The notes under the pieces: model-generated
What the model was told of the DNA's origin: nothing
The model's database searches: none
Seen by the model: the letters and a program-made list of their open reading frames with translations, nothing else
Made by a program: the position numbers and the translations under genes
Source of the DNA: a virus
Taxonomy: Duplodnaviria; Caudoviricetes
Direction: 5' to 3' (one strand)
Length of the DNA stretch: 64,000 nt
IMG/VR virus record: IMGVR_UViG_3300031857_000001
Shown: positions 29,841 to 37,751 of the stretch, one piece after another
How the letters are laid out: each line of letters opens with the position of its first letter
Numbering within the stretch: position 1 is the first letter of the stretch

Positions 29841-30368
29841 CTGGTAACTCAATTGCTCACCGTGAATTTCGCGGTGGCAATTTGAGCACAGTAACATACA
29901 TTTATCCAATTCATCAATTATTACTTGGTTAAATGAGTATATTTTAAGATGTGATAGAGTAAAATCTTTTTCTTCAGGATTCAAATGGTGGAACTCTAAA
30001 GCTCCAATATATTTATCATATCCACATCTTTCACATTTACCCCCCTTATAATCTACCATTTCTTTTTTCAATTTTCTTTGCCTCTCAATTGTTTGCATAT
30101 TTGTACATTGCTTACAATACACTGATGAATTTTCTTTACCCCTTCTACTATAAAATTCAGAAGTATCACAGTCTTTTTTACATCTAGGACAAAATCTAGT
30201 TTCACCATAAACCTTTTTCCCCATTTGTTTAAAAGGTTTATTTGGAAATTCAACATTATGTTTTTTTGCCCAATATCTCACTGTTGTTAGTCCTTTACCT
30301 GTTTCCTTACTTATTTGGTTTAGAGATAAACCACTATTAATTTTCCCAATTAAAAATTCTTTAGTCAT
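29802..30368 (-). CDS. HNH homing endonuclease-like protein (HTH + Zn finger + HNH)
   Basis: N-terminal HTH-like segment, CPRC..C..C, YKGGKCERCGY...ALEFHH...ELDKC.LLCSNCHREIH. The last 13 codons are antisense to the tRNA 3' exon. Confidence 0.85.
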   Translation of the reverse strand: MTKEFLIGKINSGLSLNQISKETGKGLTTVRYWAKKHNVEFPNKPFKQMGKKVYGETRFCPRCKKDCDTSEFYSRRGKENSSVYCKQCTNMQTIERQRKLKKEMVDYKGGKCERCGYDKYIGALEFHHLNPEEKDFTLSHLKIYSFNQVIIDELDKCMLLCSNCHREIHGEQLSYQYPRQDSNLWPTA

Positions 30369-30437
30369 ATGGATAGTTTTTATATAAATATCCATTAAGT
30401 TATTTTTTTATTGGAAATTATTGACTATATTTGTGGT

Positions 30438-30815
30438 ATGAAAAAACTAATCCTAACTTTAGTCCTATCACTTTGGACAATCATTTCATTTTCCCAAGTT
30501 TGGGCAAAGGCCGTCAGTCTAACAATTGGTGTCAGAGATGATGCTTACTCCAAATTTACGTGGGGTGAAACAAAAAGTTTACCCGGAGATATCCTAATTA
30601 AATTTGATGACCAAGAAGTAACAATATATACCGAGGACATTCAATTCTATCAAACATTAAAACCTGAATATTTTACTGAGGATGGTAATGGGTCATATTG
30701 GTTTGCGGTTGATGAAGAAAGAAAAAGATGCAAGCTTTATATGTACAATAAGGGTGGGAATGTTATTATGATTGAATACGACGATGTTTGTATAATTTAT
30801 GGGGTTTTATATTAA
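30438..30815 (+). CDS. Secreted hypothetical protein (leaderless)
   Basis: Signal peptide MKKLILTLVLSLW. ATG lies 4 nt after TATATTTG. Confidence 0.75.
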   Translation: MKKLILTLVLSLWTIISFSQVWAKAVSLTIGVRDDAYSKFTWGETKSLPGDILIKFDDQEVTIYTEDIQFYQTLKPEYFTEDGNGSYWFAVDEERKRCKLYMYNKGGNVIMIEYDDVCIIYGVLY

Positions 30816-31011
30816 AAAGATGGAAGACCCGATTAAATACAAGATTAAAAATTCTCATTATTATAAGTTTGGAGGTATTGCCCCTGATGGATTCACCTTA
30901 ATCCCAAACGAAACTCTTAAAAGGTTGTTAGATTTTGATAATTGGAAAGAATGGAAATCCGACCATTCAGTTTTGGAAAAATGGATGATTGAGGACACTG
31001 TTGATAAGTAA
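30799..31011 (+). CDS. Hypothetical protein
   Basis: 70-aa ORF. Confidence 0.6.
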   Translation: MGFYIKKMEDPIKYKIKNSHYYKFGGIAPDGFTLIPNETLKRLLDFDNWKEWKSDHSVLEKWMIEDTVDK

Positions 31012-31049
31012 AATTTGTAAAATCAAAAAAGTCACCTTATATTTGTACC

Positions 31050-31718
31050 ATGAAACACACACTTATTATCCTTACAGTTATTACTTTATTTTCATGTAAC
31101 AATGAGCCGACCAAAGTCGTACCTTGGTCTGAGAGCGGAATTCCTGAACTTGAAAGTCTTGGTCGAAAACTCGAAAAAATGCCAAATGTTGACGACACCC
31201 TATCTCAACATTACGTCAAAATCCTTAAAGAAAAGGAATCAAATGAAATTCAACCAAAAGTCGAATCTGCGGTCCGAATTAAGGGGTTAGGTAATTACAA
31301 CCAAAAGGATGTCAACAAAGTTGCGGAATATGTGAACAAGTTTTTTGGTTATAAATGTATAATTGAGGAAGGAGTTCCAACCACATCTAAAATGTATTAT
31401 GGTGGTAGTGATTTGGATGTATCACAATGTATATTTGAACTTAATCGTCACGGTGTTAAAACAATATACGTGACTAATGAAAATGTTGTTAACAAAGGAC
31501 AACAAATTCGTGGGGGTACGTTCTTACGTTGTAATACTGTGATTGTTGAACATACTGATTATGATGAATCAACTGTTTTACACGAAGTTGGACATACTTT
31601 GGGACTTGTTCACTGTGATAACCCAAAATGTTTGATGGCGATTAATAATGACGCCGAGGTAACTATGGATTTTTGTAATAAATGTAAAAAAAGATTAGAA
31701 AATGAAAACATTCGATGA
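31050..31718 (+). CDS. Lipoprotein with archaemetzincin-like (M54-like) Zn protease domain
   Basis: LFSC lipobox and HEVGHTLGLVHCDNPKCLM...FCNKC. Confidence 0.85.
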   Translation: MKHTLIILTVITLFSCNNEPTKVVPWSESGIPELESLGRKLEKMPNVDDTLSQHYVKILKEKESNEIQPKVESAVRIKGLGNYNQKDVNKVAEYVNKFFGYKCIIEEGVPTTSKMYYGGSDLDVSQCIFELNRHGVKTIYVTNENVVNKGQQIRGGTFLRCNTVIVEHTDYDESTVLHEVGHTLGLVHCDNPKCLMAINNDAEVTMDFCNKCKKRLENENIR

Positions 31719-31986
31719 TTTGATATTTAAACCACACCCTGTAGGTATGGGTGGAAAATTGGCTCAAATGGAATTGGGCAACGGATACACAATTTCTGTG
31801 GTTGGTGGTAGAAAAGGTTTATACGGAGATGGTGAAACGACTTTTGAAGTTGCAATGTTTGACCGAACTGGTGAAATGCTTAGGTTGTCAGAAGATGACC
31901 AAGTTTTGGGTTGGATGACTATTGATGAGGTAAATGAAATAATTCAAAAATACGATAATGAGCCAATTTTAAAAGTTAAATTATGA
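31702..31986 (+). CDS. Hypothetical phage protein
   Basis: NGYTISVV...YGDG..TFEVA motif. Confidence 0.7.
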   Translation: MKTFDDLIFKPHPVGMGGKLAQMELGNGYTISVVGGRKGLYGDGETTFEVAMFDRTGEMLRLSEDDQVLGWMTIDEVNEIIQKYDNEPILKVKL

Positions 31987-32147
31987 GTAAAGAATCTAAA
32001 GATTTTGCATATTGGATACCAACAGTATACGAACCGTGCGGACAACACGATTGGAAATATCGGTATCCAAAAACTTCAGAGGATATGACCAAGTGTTTTA
32101 CTGTTGAGGAGGTCTATAACGATTATATACAAAAAAAGGGGAGTTAA
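31983..32147 (+). CDS. Small hypothetical protein (54 aa; not in ORF track)
   Basis: MSKESKDFAYWIPTVYEP... ATGA overlap, followed by a terminator. Confidence 0.5.
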   Translation: MSKESKDFAYWIPTVYEPCGQHDWKYRYPKTSEDMTKCFTVEEVYNDYIQKKGS

Positions 32148-32178
32148 CAACTCCCCTTAATTCCCAATATTTGAAATA

Positions 32179-32343
32179 TTATTTGTTGGATAAAACTGAC
32201 CAAACAGTTCCAACAAAAGTTACAGTCATACCAATTATGTCCATAATTTGACCTTCTGTTGCCAAGCCCTTAGCAACTAAAATTCCCCCTAAAAAAGTAA
32301 GTCCGTGTCTAACTAAACCCAAAATTTGTTCTTTTTGTACCAT
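32179..32343 (-). CDS. Putative small holin (54 aa; not in ORF track)
   Basis: MVQKEQILGLVRHGLTFLGGILVAKG...TFVGTVWSVLSNK has two TM segments and resembles Pam3-type putative holins. Late motif upstream. Confidence 0.7.
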   Translation of the reverse strand: MVQKEQILGLVRHGLTFLGGILVAKGLATEGQIMDIIGMTVTFVGTVWSVLSNK

Positions 32344-32433
32344 TGTTTAAAAATTAAAGTTTATTTTACTATAAATATTTTGAAAGTTGGAAAAACATAC
32401 TTACATTTGTAATCACAATTAAAACGATAAAAT

Positions 32434-32802
32434 ATGTCTAAAGAAAAAAAGAGTTCGATTGATTCATTGTATGAACAAACTATGTTAATTGCAAAACAAG
32501 TTAAGGAACTGAAGAAAGAAGTTATGGGTGAACAAACCTATTCTTTCACTCAAGAACAACTTAAAGAATTTTCTGAGCGACTTTATGATAATTTTACAGA
32601 ATATAATAATTCACAAATTTCGGAAATTGAGTTTTCAAATGACTTTATTGAACTAGAACTTGTGGATAATGTGATTGTTACGTCAATTAATTCCGAAAGT
32701 GTATCTAATGAAATTGAGAACGTTGTAGAATCTCCAACTGATAAAGAAATGTCAAATATAATTAGTGAGATTTTGGACGGTATGGAGATAGAACTCCAAT
32801 GA
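32434..32802 (+). CDS. Hypothetical acidic protein
   Basis: 122-aa ORF after TACATTTG. Confidence 0.65.
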   Translation: MSKEKKSSIDSLYEQTMLIAKQVKELKKEVMGEQTYSFTQEQLKEFSERLYDNFTEYNNSQISEIEFSNDFIELELVDNVIVTSINSESVSNEIENVVESPTDKEMSNIISEILDGMEIELQ

Positions 32803-33028
32803 AAAAAACCTTATATCGATAAAACTGATGAGACAAGAAATCAGGTAATTAGAGATATGTTTAATACCAATAAAAAACCAATTACAAAAATGAAATACAA
32901 TAACAACACACCATTTGAAGAATTTATGTACCGTTTTGCGGTTGTATTTGGTATCACTGTAATAACTTTAAATCTAATTATTTTGGTTTTAAAGTTGATA
33001 GGTTAAGGTTTTTATCGTATATTTGTAG

Positions 33029-33041
33029 AAGTTATTTGAAA
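33029..33041 (+). promoter_or_regulatory. boxA-like element upstream of tRNA cluster
   Basis: AAGTTATTTGAAA, 3 nt after promoter TATATTTG (33018-33025). Confidence 0.55.
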
Positions 33042-33042
33042 C

Positions 33043-33128
33043 GCCCGGATGCTGAAATGGTATACAGTGCAGACTTAAAATCTGCTGAGCAATCGCTCGT
33101 GAGGGTTCGAGTCCCTCTCCGGGTACCA
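33043..33128 (+). tRNA. tRNA-Leu(UAA)
   Basis: GCCCGGA/TCCGGGT acceptor, GCAGA-CT-TAA-AA-TCTGC, long variable arm, encoded CCA. Confidence 0.95.
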
Positions 33129-33130
33129 AA

Positions 33131-33208
33131 GCACCTTTATCTCAGTTGGTTAGTAGAAGCTCGCTCATAACGAGAAGGTCACAGGTTCGAGTCCTGTAAG
33201 GTGCACCA
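33131..33208 (+). tRNA. tRNA-Met/Ile2(CAU)
   Basis: GCACCTT/AAGGTGC acceptor, loop CT-CAT-AA, TTCGAGT T-loop, encoded CCA. Confidence 0.9.
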
Positions 33209-33218
33209 GTTAAAACAT

Positions 33219-33363
33219 AGTCAAGTGGCGGAATACTGAGAGTCTCCGGAAACATACTCTCAAGGTAGACGTACTAGATGGTTATAGCACTAGGGGTAAA
33301 AAATCACAATGCGTGTGGTCACTATAATGACAGCCCGTGGAGGTTCGAATCCTTCCTTGACTA
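33219..33363 (+). ncRNA. Expanded tRNA-like RNA (145 nt)
   Basis: Perfect AGTCAAG/CTTGACT acceptor and GGAGG-TTCGAAT-CCTTC T-arm, but with a D-loop hairpin insertion, an irregular anticodon arm and a branched variable arm. Confidence 0.7.
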
Positions 33364-33530
33364 CTAAAATTTTTAATTTACTATGAATGGGTTAGAATTA
33401 TTGTTAATTGGTATTTGGGTTGGAATGGGACTTGTATACCTAATAACTAAAGATTTCTATAAGAAAAAATAATTTTAATATTCAAAACTTACGTATTATA
33501 TTTGTATCAATAATTTAAATTTATAAAAAT

Positions 33531-34556
33531 ATGAAAAATAAACTTTTTTTAATTGCATCTTTATTAATTATTAATGGTGGTCTAATCTCCCAAGTACCAA
33601 GTTACGTACCTTCCGAAGGATTAGTGGGTTGGTGGCCATTTAACGGAAATGCGGAGGATGAAAGTGATTATACTAATGACGGAACTGTCTACGGTGCAAC
33701 ATTAACTACTGACAGATTTTTAGAAAATGATAAGGCTTATTCCTTTAACGGTTTTGATTATATTGAGGTTATTGATGATAATACTTTGGATTTAACACAA
33801 AATTTTACCATAAGTGTCTGGTATCTTACATATGATTCAATATCATATGGGGCTATTTTGGGAAAAGGAAAAAATGAAAATTCAACTGGGTACGTCTTAC
33901 TTCATAATGTTTGGGATTTTAATAACAACGAATTAACATTTAACACCGGAATTTCTTTACAAAACAATCCCGATTATGTCACAGCATCGGAGTCTTTTAT
34001 CGACCCTTCATTGATTACCCCAAATACTTGGAACCATTTGGTTTCCACTTATGACGGAAACGAATTAAAACTTTACTTAAATGGGGAACTGGTTAATTCT
34101 ATAAATACGAACATTGAATTATATGATAACTCAACAACTAGTTTGTATTTTGGAAAAGAATTGGTGAATTTTAGATATTTTTATGGTAAGATTGACGATA
34201 TTGGTATGTGGGACAGAGCTTTAACTCGAGAAGAAATAGGAAAAATATTCAACTCGGCCGATTCAACAACCGATGTTAATGACACCTCATCCCCAATTGA
34301 TTTCGGAGATAAGATAGAATGTTATCCAAATCCAACTACAGATATTATTAATGTTGATTTGTCTGGTCTGAACGATTATAGTGGTCAAAAACTAAGAATT
34401 ATGAATTTATCAGGTCAAATTGTTTATGAAGAAAATGTAAACCAAAGTAAGGTTGTTATTGATGTTAAATCATTACTTTCTTCGGGAATCTATGTTCTTA
34501 ACACCGTTGACCAAAATGGTAATGTCTCATCCACAAACAAATTTGTGGTTCAATAA
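33531..34556 (+). CDS. LamG-like jellyroll protein with T9SS type A C-terminal sorting domain
   Basis: Signal peptide, GLVGWWPFNGNA.D, WNHLVSTYDG, GKIDDIGMWDRAL, and CTD CYPNPTTDII...NLSGQIV...SGIYVL...KFVVQ. Confidence 0.92.
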   Translation: MKNKLFLIASLLIINGGLISQVPSYVPSEGLVGWWPFNGNAEDESDYTNDGTVYGATLTTDRFLENDKAYSFNGFDYIEVIDDNTLDLTQNFTISVWYLTYDSISYGAILGKGKNENSTGYVLLHNVWDFNNNELTFNTGISLQNNPDYVTASESFIDPSLITPNTWNHLVSTYDGNELKLYLNGELVNSINTNIELYDNSTTSLYFGKELVNFRYFYGKIDDIGMWDRALTREEIGKIFNSADSTTDVNDTSSPIDFGDKIECYPNPTTDIINVDLSGLNDYSGQKLRIMNLSGQIVYEENVNQSKVVIDVKSLLSSGIYVLNTVDQNGNVSSTNKFVVQ

Positions 34557-34568
34557 TCAACCAAAAAG

Positions 34569-34597
34569 AAAATACCACCTTAGGGTGGTATTTTTTT
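34569..34597 (+). terminator. Intrinsic terminator
   Basis: AAATACCACC-TTAG-GGTGGTATTT followed by a T-run. Confidence 0.8.
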
Positions 34598-34646
34598 GTT
34601 AATAACTTAATTTTGTGGGTTAGAATGTTCGCCGTATATTTGTGAT

Positions 34647-35129
34647 ATGAATAACGAAATCAAATACATACCCACCAAAGAGGCAATTATTGGATATTCT
34701 GATTCAAAAATTGCTAAAACCGAAAAAAATGACTGTGTTGTTAGAGCAATCTCGTCGGCATTTGAAATGCATTATGATGAAGCTCACAAGTTAGTTGCAA
34801 AGATTTGGTTCCGTAAAAACTTTGAGGGGACAAGAAACTTTGTCGGTGGTATGCGTCATATGGTTGACCATAAAATTATGATTAATGGAAAATCATTCTC
34901 AAATTTGGGTGACCAGTACGGACATATGAAATACGATGTTAAGTCCAAAGGTCAAATGGTTAAACGTAATATGACCACAAGTACGTTCATTAAGAAATAC
35001 CCTGTTGGTAAGTATCTTGTTGTTGTTCGTGGTCACGCATTCTCAATCATTGATGGTCAAGTCGTTGGAAACACATCTGACGCAACAATGAAGAAACGAG
35101 TTATTAACTTTGCTTGGAGGGTCTCGTGA
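34647..35129 (+). CDS. Conserved phage hypothetical protein (leaderless)
   Basis: NDCVVRAIS...RGHAF..IDG motif. ATG lies 4 nt after TATATTTG. Confidence 0.75.
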   Translation: MNNEIKYIPTKEAIIGYSDSKIAKTEKNDCVVRAISSAFEMHYDEAHKLVAKIWFRKNFEGTRNFVGGMRHMVDHKIMINGKSFSNLGDQYGHMKYDVKSKGQMVKRNMTTSTFIKKYPVGKYLVVVRGHAFSIIDGQVVGNTSDATMKKRVINFAWRVS

Positions 35130-35393
35130 TTAAAGAGGTGAAATATCGATTATGGTATCTTTTGTTACCTCGATATTGTGTTTTGTTTCGTAACTGATGT
35201 ATGAAATGGACTTAATCTCCTCACCTTGAGGTATTTCAACATAACCATAAAGGTCGGTGAAGTAAGTATTATTGTCTGTTTCAACTCTTGCGCCCACCAA
35301 ATTTTCATTTGTTTGTGAGTCGATGATTAGGAGTTTAAATACTATTGTAATGAATATTGTCTTCATAAGTAATAGATATGTTAAATTTTTCAT
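35130..35393 (-). CDS. Carboxypeptidase-regulatory-like (Bacteroidota CarboxypepD_reg) domain protein
   Basis: IIDSQTNENLVGARV...TDLYGY...ISYISYET. Confidence 0.6.
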   Translation of the reverse strand: MKNLTYLLLMKTIFITIVFKLLIIDSQTNENLVGARVETDNNTYFTDLYGYVEIPQGEEIKSISYISYETKHNIEVTKDTIIDISPL

Positions 35394-35456
35394 TTGTCAA
35401 AATTGTTAATATGAATTAACATTTCCTTAATCTATTTATAATATATCGTTAATATT

Positions 35457-35810
35457 ATGAAACAGATTATTTTCTTTTTGAGTTTGTTTGTGTGGGTCAC
35501 AGGCCTTTCTCAGGTTAAGGAAATCGTAACCAAATACGATAACGGGTGTGTTAACCAAATAGGTCACATCAATGAAAATGGTTTAAAAGATGGTAACTGG
35601 GTTGCCTATTATGAAAATGGTATTCTTTGGTCTACGGCTCAGTATTATAAAGGTCTTAAAGATGGTATTTGGAAAATTTACAGACCTGACGGGAAGTTAT
35701 ATTCTGAAATAGAATATAGAAAGGGTAAAAGGTTGTATGGTAGAATGTATGATGAAACAGGTCAAGTTATTGATAAAAGAATCTTTCAGGATTACATAAC
35801 CAATGAATAA
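35457..35810 (+). CDS. Secreted MORN-variant repeat protein (YwqK-like)
   Basis: Signal peptide and repeats GLKDGNWVAYYENG / GLKDGIWKIYRPDG. Confidence 0.8.
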   Translation: MKQIIFFLSLFVWVTGLSQVKEIVTKYDNGCVNQIGHINENGLKDGNWVAYYENGILWSTAQYYKGLKDGIWKIYRPDGKLYSEIEYRKGKRLYGRMYDETGQVIDKRIFQDYITNE

Positions 35811-36043
35811 AATTTGTTAATAACTTAATTTTGTGGTAACATAGTTTGTTGTATCTTTGTATACTTAAAAATAACAACTATGGAATTCATCGGAGTGTAC
35901 AAAAAAGAAAACTTAATTGGAATTATTGACCTTGATGAGGTCGATGTAAATTTCCTACATAGAATGTTTGAACAGGGATATTCTTTTAATAAAATATCTC
36001 AAAAACTTTTGGCAGGTAAGGAAAATGTCCTTAAATTTGTCCA

Positions 36044-36226
36044 ATGAAAACAAATCGATTACTTTTAGTTTTAGCATGGGTTATGATTGGTTTATCCTTC
36101 ATGTTTAAAGAACCTGTACATGGTTATTTACTTGGAATTGGATGCGGACTTTCAATATCTAGTGTTATTATAACAACCCGAGAAATCAAAAAAAATGAAA
36201 CAGAACGAGCAGACAATATGGTGTGA
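36044..36226 (+). CDS. Small membrane protein
   Basis: Two hydrophobic segments. Confidence 0.6.
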   Translation: MKTNRLLLVLAWVMIGLSFMFKEPVHGYLLGIGCGLSISSVIITTREIKKNETERADNMV

Positions 36227-36383
36227 AAGATGTGGTGAAAAACTTAACCCATTAAAGGCGGTATGGCTTGAGTTATCAATGACCGATGGAAAATACTATA
36301 ATCAAATTCCTGATGGCCACGATAGTCAAGGAGCATTCAGTTTCGGTAAATCATGTGCTAAATCAGAATTAAAAGAAATATAA
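36195..36383 (+). CDS. Small Cys-containing protein
   Basis: CERC...FGKSCA. Confidence 0.6.
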   Translation: MKQNEQTIWCERCGEKLNPLKAVWLELSMTDGKYYNQIPDGHDSQGAFSFGKSCAKSELKEI

Positions 36384-36384
36384 A

Positions 36385-36717
36385 ATGTCAGGAGGAGCAT
36401 TTGACTACAAACAATGGCATATTGAACAAATTGCCGATGAGGTTGAGAAACTGATTGAGAAAAATGGTCGTGAAAAAACACGAGAGGAACTCAAAGAAGA
36501 AGGATGGCGTGTGGATGATTGGTATGAGAAATATCCCGAAGATTTATATCATTACAAATACCCTGATGAAGTAATCGAGAAATTCAAGGAGGGTATGAAA
36601 GCTCTGAGAGTTGCTGCGGTTTACGCTCAACGTATTGATTGGTTGGTATCAGGTGATGATGGTGAAGAAAGTTTTTTGGAAAGATTGAAAGAAGAATTAG
36701 GCCAGTTGGAAAAATAG
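36385..36717 (+). CDS. Conserved phage hypothetical protein
   Basis: MSGGAFDY...RIDWLVSGDDGEESF motif. Confidence 0.75.
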   Translation: MSGGAFDYKQWHIEQIADEVEKLIEKNGREKTREELKEEGWRVDDWYEKYPEDLYHYKYPDEVIEKFKEGMKALRVAAVYAQRIDWLVSGDDGEESFLERLKEELGQLEK

Positions 36718-36731
36718 CCGTATATTTGTAG

Positions 36732-36744
36732 AAGTTCTTTGAAA
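36732..36744 (+). promoter_or_regulatory. boxA-like antitermination element
   Basis: AAGTTCTTTGAAA, 3 nt after promoter TATATTTG (36721-36728). Confidence 0.65.
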
Positions 36745-36749
36745 TCATT

Positions 36750-37115
36750 TAAAGGGTGGGGTGGCAGACGAAAGTTAGATATATCCAAGTCAAACGTAGC
36801 TACGGTGTTTTTAAAACACGATGGATAAACGACAAGTAGAGCTCTAAGGGAACAAGTCGCTATTGTTCCTCCCCCACCGACAACATTATAGGTTGATTGG
36901 GGAATGATTATACCAATAGTTTGAGAGTGGATACCGACTGGTATAATCGGAGTTGGCAGGTATTCACCTGAAGTAATGCCAATCGTAAAAGGGGTTGTCC
37001 ACTCGACCATCTTCCCCTTACCTAAAACACAGAGTGGCGCAGGTTGATGCTACCTTAGCGGGTATACTGATACAGAGTAAAAAGAGGTGGGGGAAACCAC
37101 TCATTAACCCACCCA
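36750..37115 (+). ncRNA. Unassigned ~370-nt structured RNA
   Basis: GC-enriched with no plausible ORF. Terminal helix GGGTGGG/CCCACCC plus several nested long-range helices. Has its own promoter and boxA. Confidence 0.7.
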
Positions 37116-37119
37116 ACAT

Positions 37120-37191
37120 GGTCGGTTCATCTAAGGGTTAGGATACAAGATTTTCATTCTTGTCATAGGGGTTCGAATCCCCTACCGACTA
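37120..37191 (+). tRNA. tRNA-Glu(UUC)
   Basis: GGTCGGT/ACCGACT acceptor and CAAGA-TT-TTC-AT-TCTTG. Confidence 0.92.
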
Positions 37192-37331
37192 CAAAAAGTA
37201 ATATTTATGAAAAAGATGTTTATTAATACACATAGGGAAATAGAAAAAATACTTCACCCATTTGACCCGGTTGGATTTTACGTTCTAATACCTTTTATAC
37301 TAATCCTATTGTATCTGTTTACATAAAAAAT

Positions 37332-37453
37332 AGTCAGGTGGCGGAATGGTAGACGCAGCTGTGATGATTTTGTTGGAAGGTGAATCTCCTTAAACTATTA
37401 GCAAGGTTAATCAACTCCCAATCATCGTACAGGTTCGAGTCCTGTCCTGACTT
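37332..37453 (+). ncRNA. tRNA-like RNA lacking a canonical anticodon arm (122 nt)
   Basis: AGTCAGG/CCTGACT acceptor, class II-type D-arm GCG-GAATGGTAGA-CGC and ACAGG-TTCGAGT-CCTGT T-arm. The centre is a long GATGATT/AATCATC-closed branched arm. Confidence 0.7.
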
Positions 37454-37609
37454 CGCGTTCCGAAACAAATACAACGGATAGTGTGCCCCACACGAAGATA
37501 AACGGAGTGATGTCCGTAGGAGGTTTGGTATCACAGTAAGGCTGTGTACGACTGTTGACTAGTCGGCCCAAGAAAAGGTAAGAGTTGGTGGTACCTTGTT
37601 AGTTAATAT

Positions 37610-37683
37610 AGTCGGATAGCTCAGGTGGTGAGAGCGGCACGCTTATACCGTGATGGTCGTGGGTTCAACTCCCACTCCGACTA
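37610..37683 (+). tRNA. tRNA-Ile(UAU)
   Basis: AGTCGGA/TCCGACT acceptor, CACG-CT-TAT-AC-CGTG anticodon arm and GTGGG-TTCAACT-CCCAC. Confidence 0.85.
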
Positions 37684-37751
37684 CAACTGAAAAACTATAG
37701 TTCATATCTAACTCGCCATTTGTTTAAGATATTTACTATAAAACCTAACAA

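Noticed and set aside
36627-37010. 127-aa minus-strand ORF over the structured RNA
   Set aside because: Atypical composition, overlaps a real plus-strand gene, and is explained by the GC-rich RNA on the opposite strand.
36750-37115. RNase P RNA as the identity of the 370-nt RNA
   Set aside because: The size fits, but the universal GAGGAAAGUCC and 3' CGGCUUA-type P4 elements are not present.
37334-37534. 66-aa minus-strand ORF
   Set aside because: It is the antisense translation of the tRNA-like element (GQDSNLY comes from the T-arm), with no promoter or protein features.
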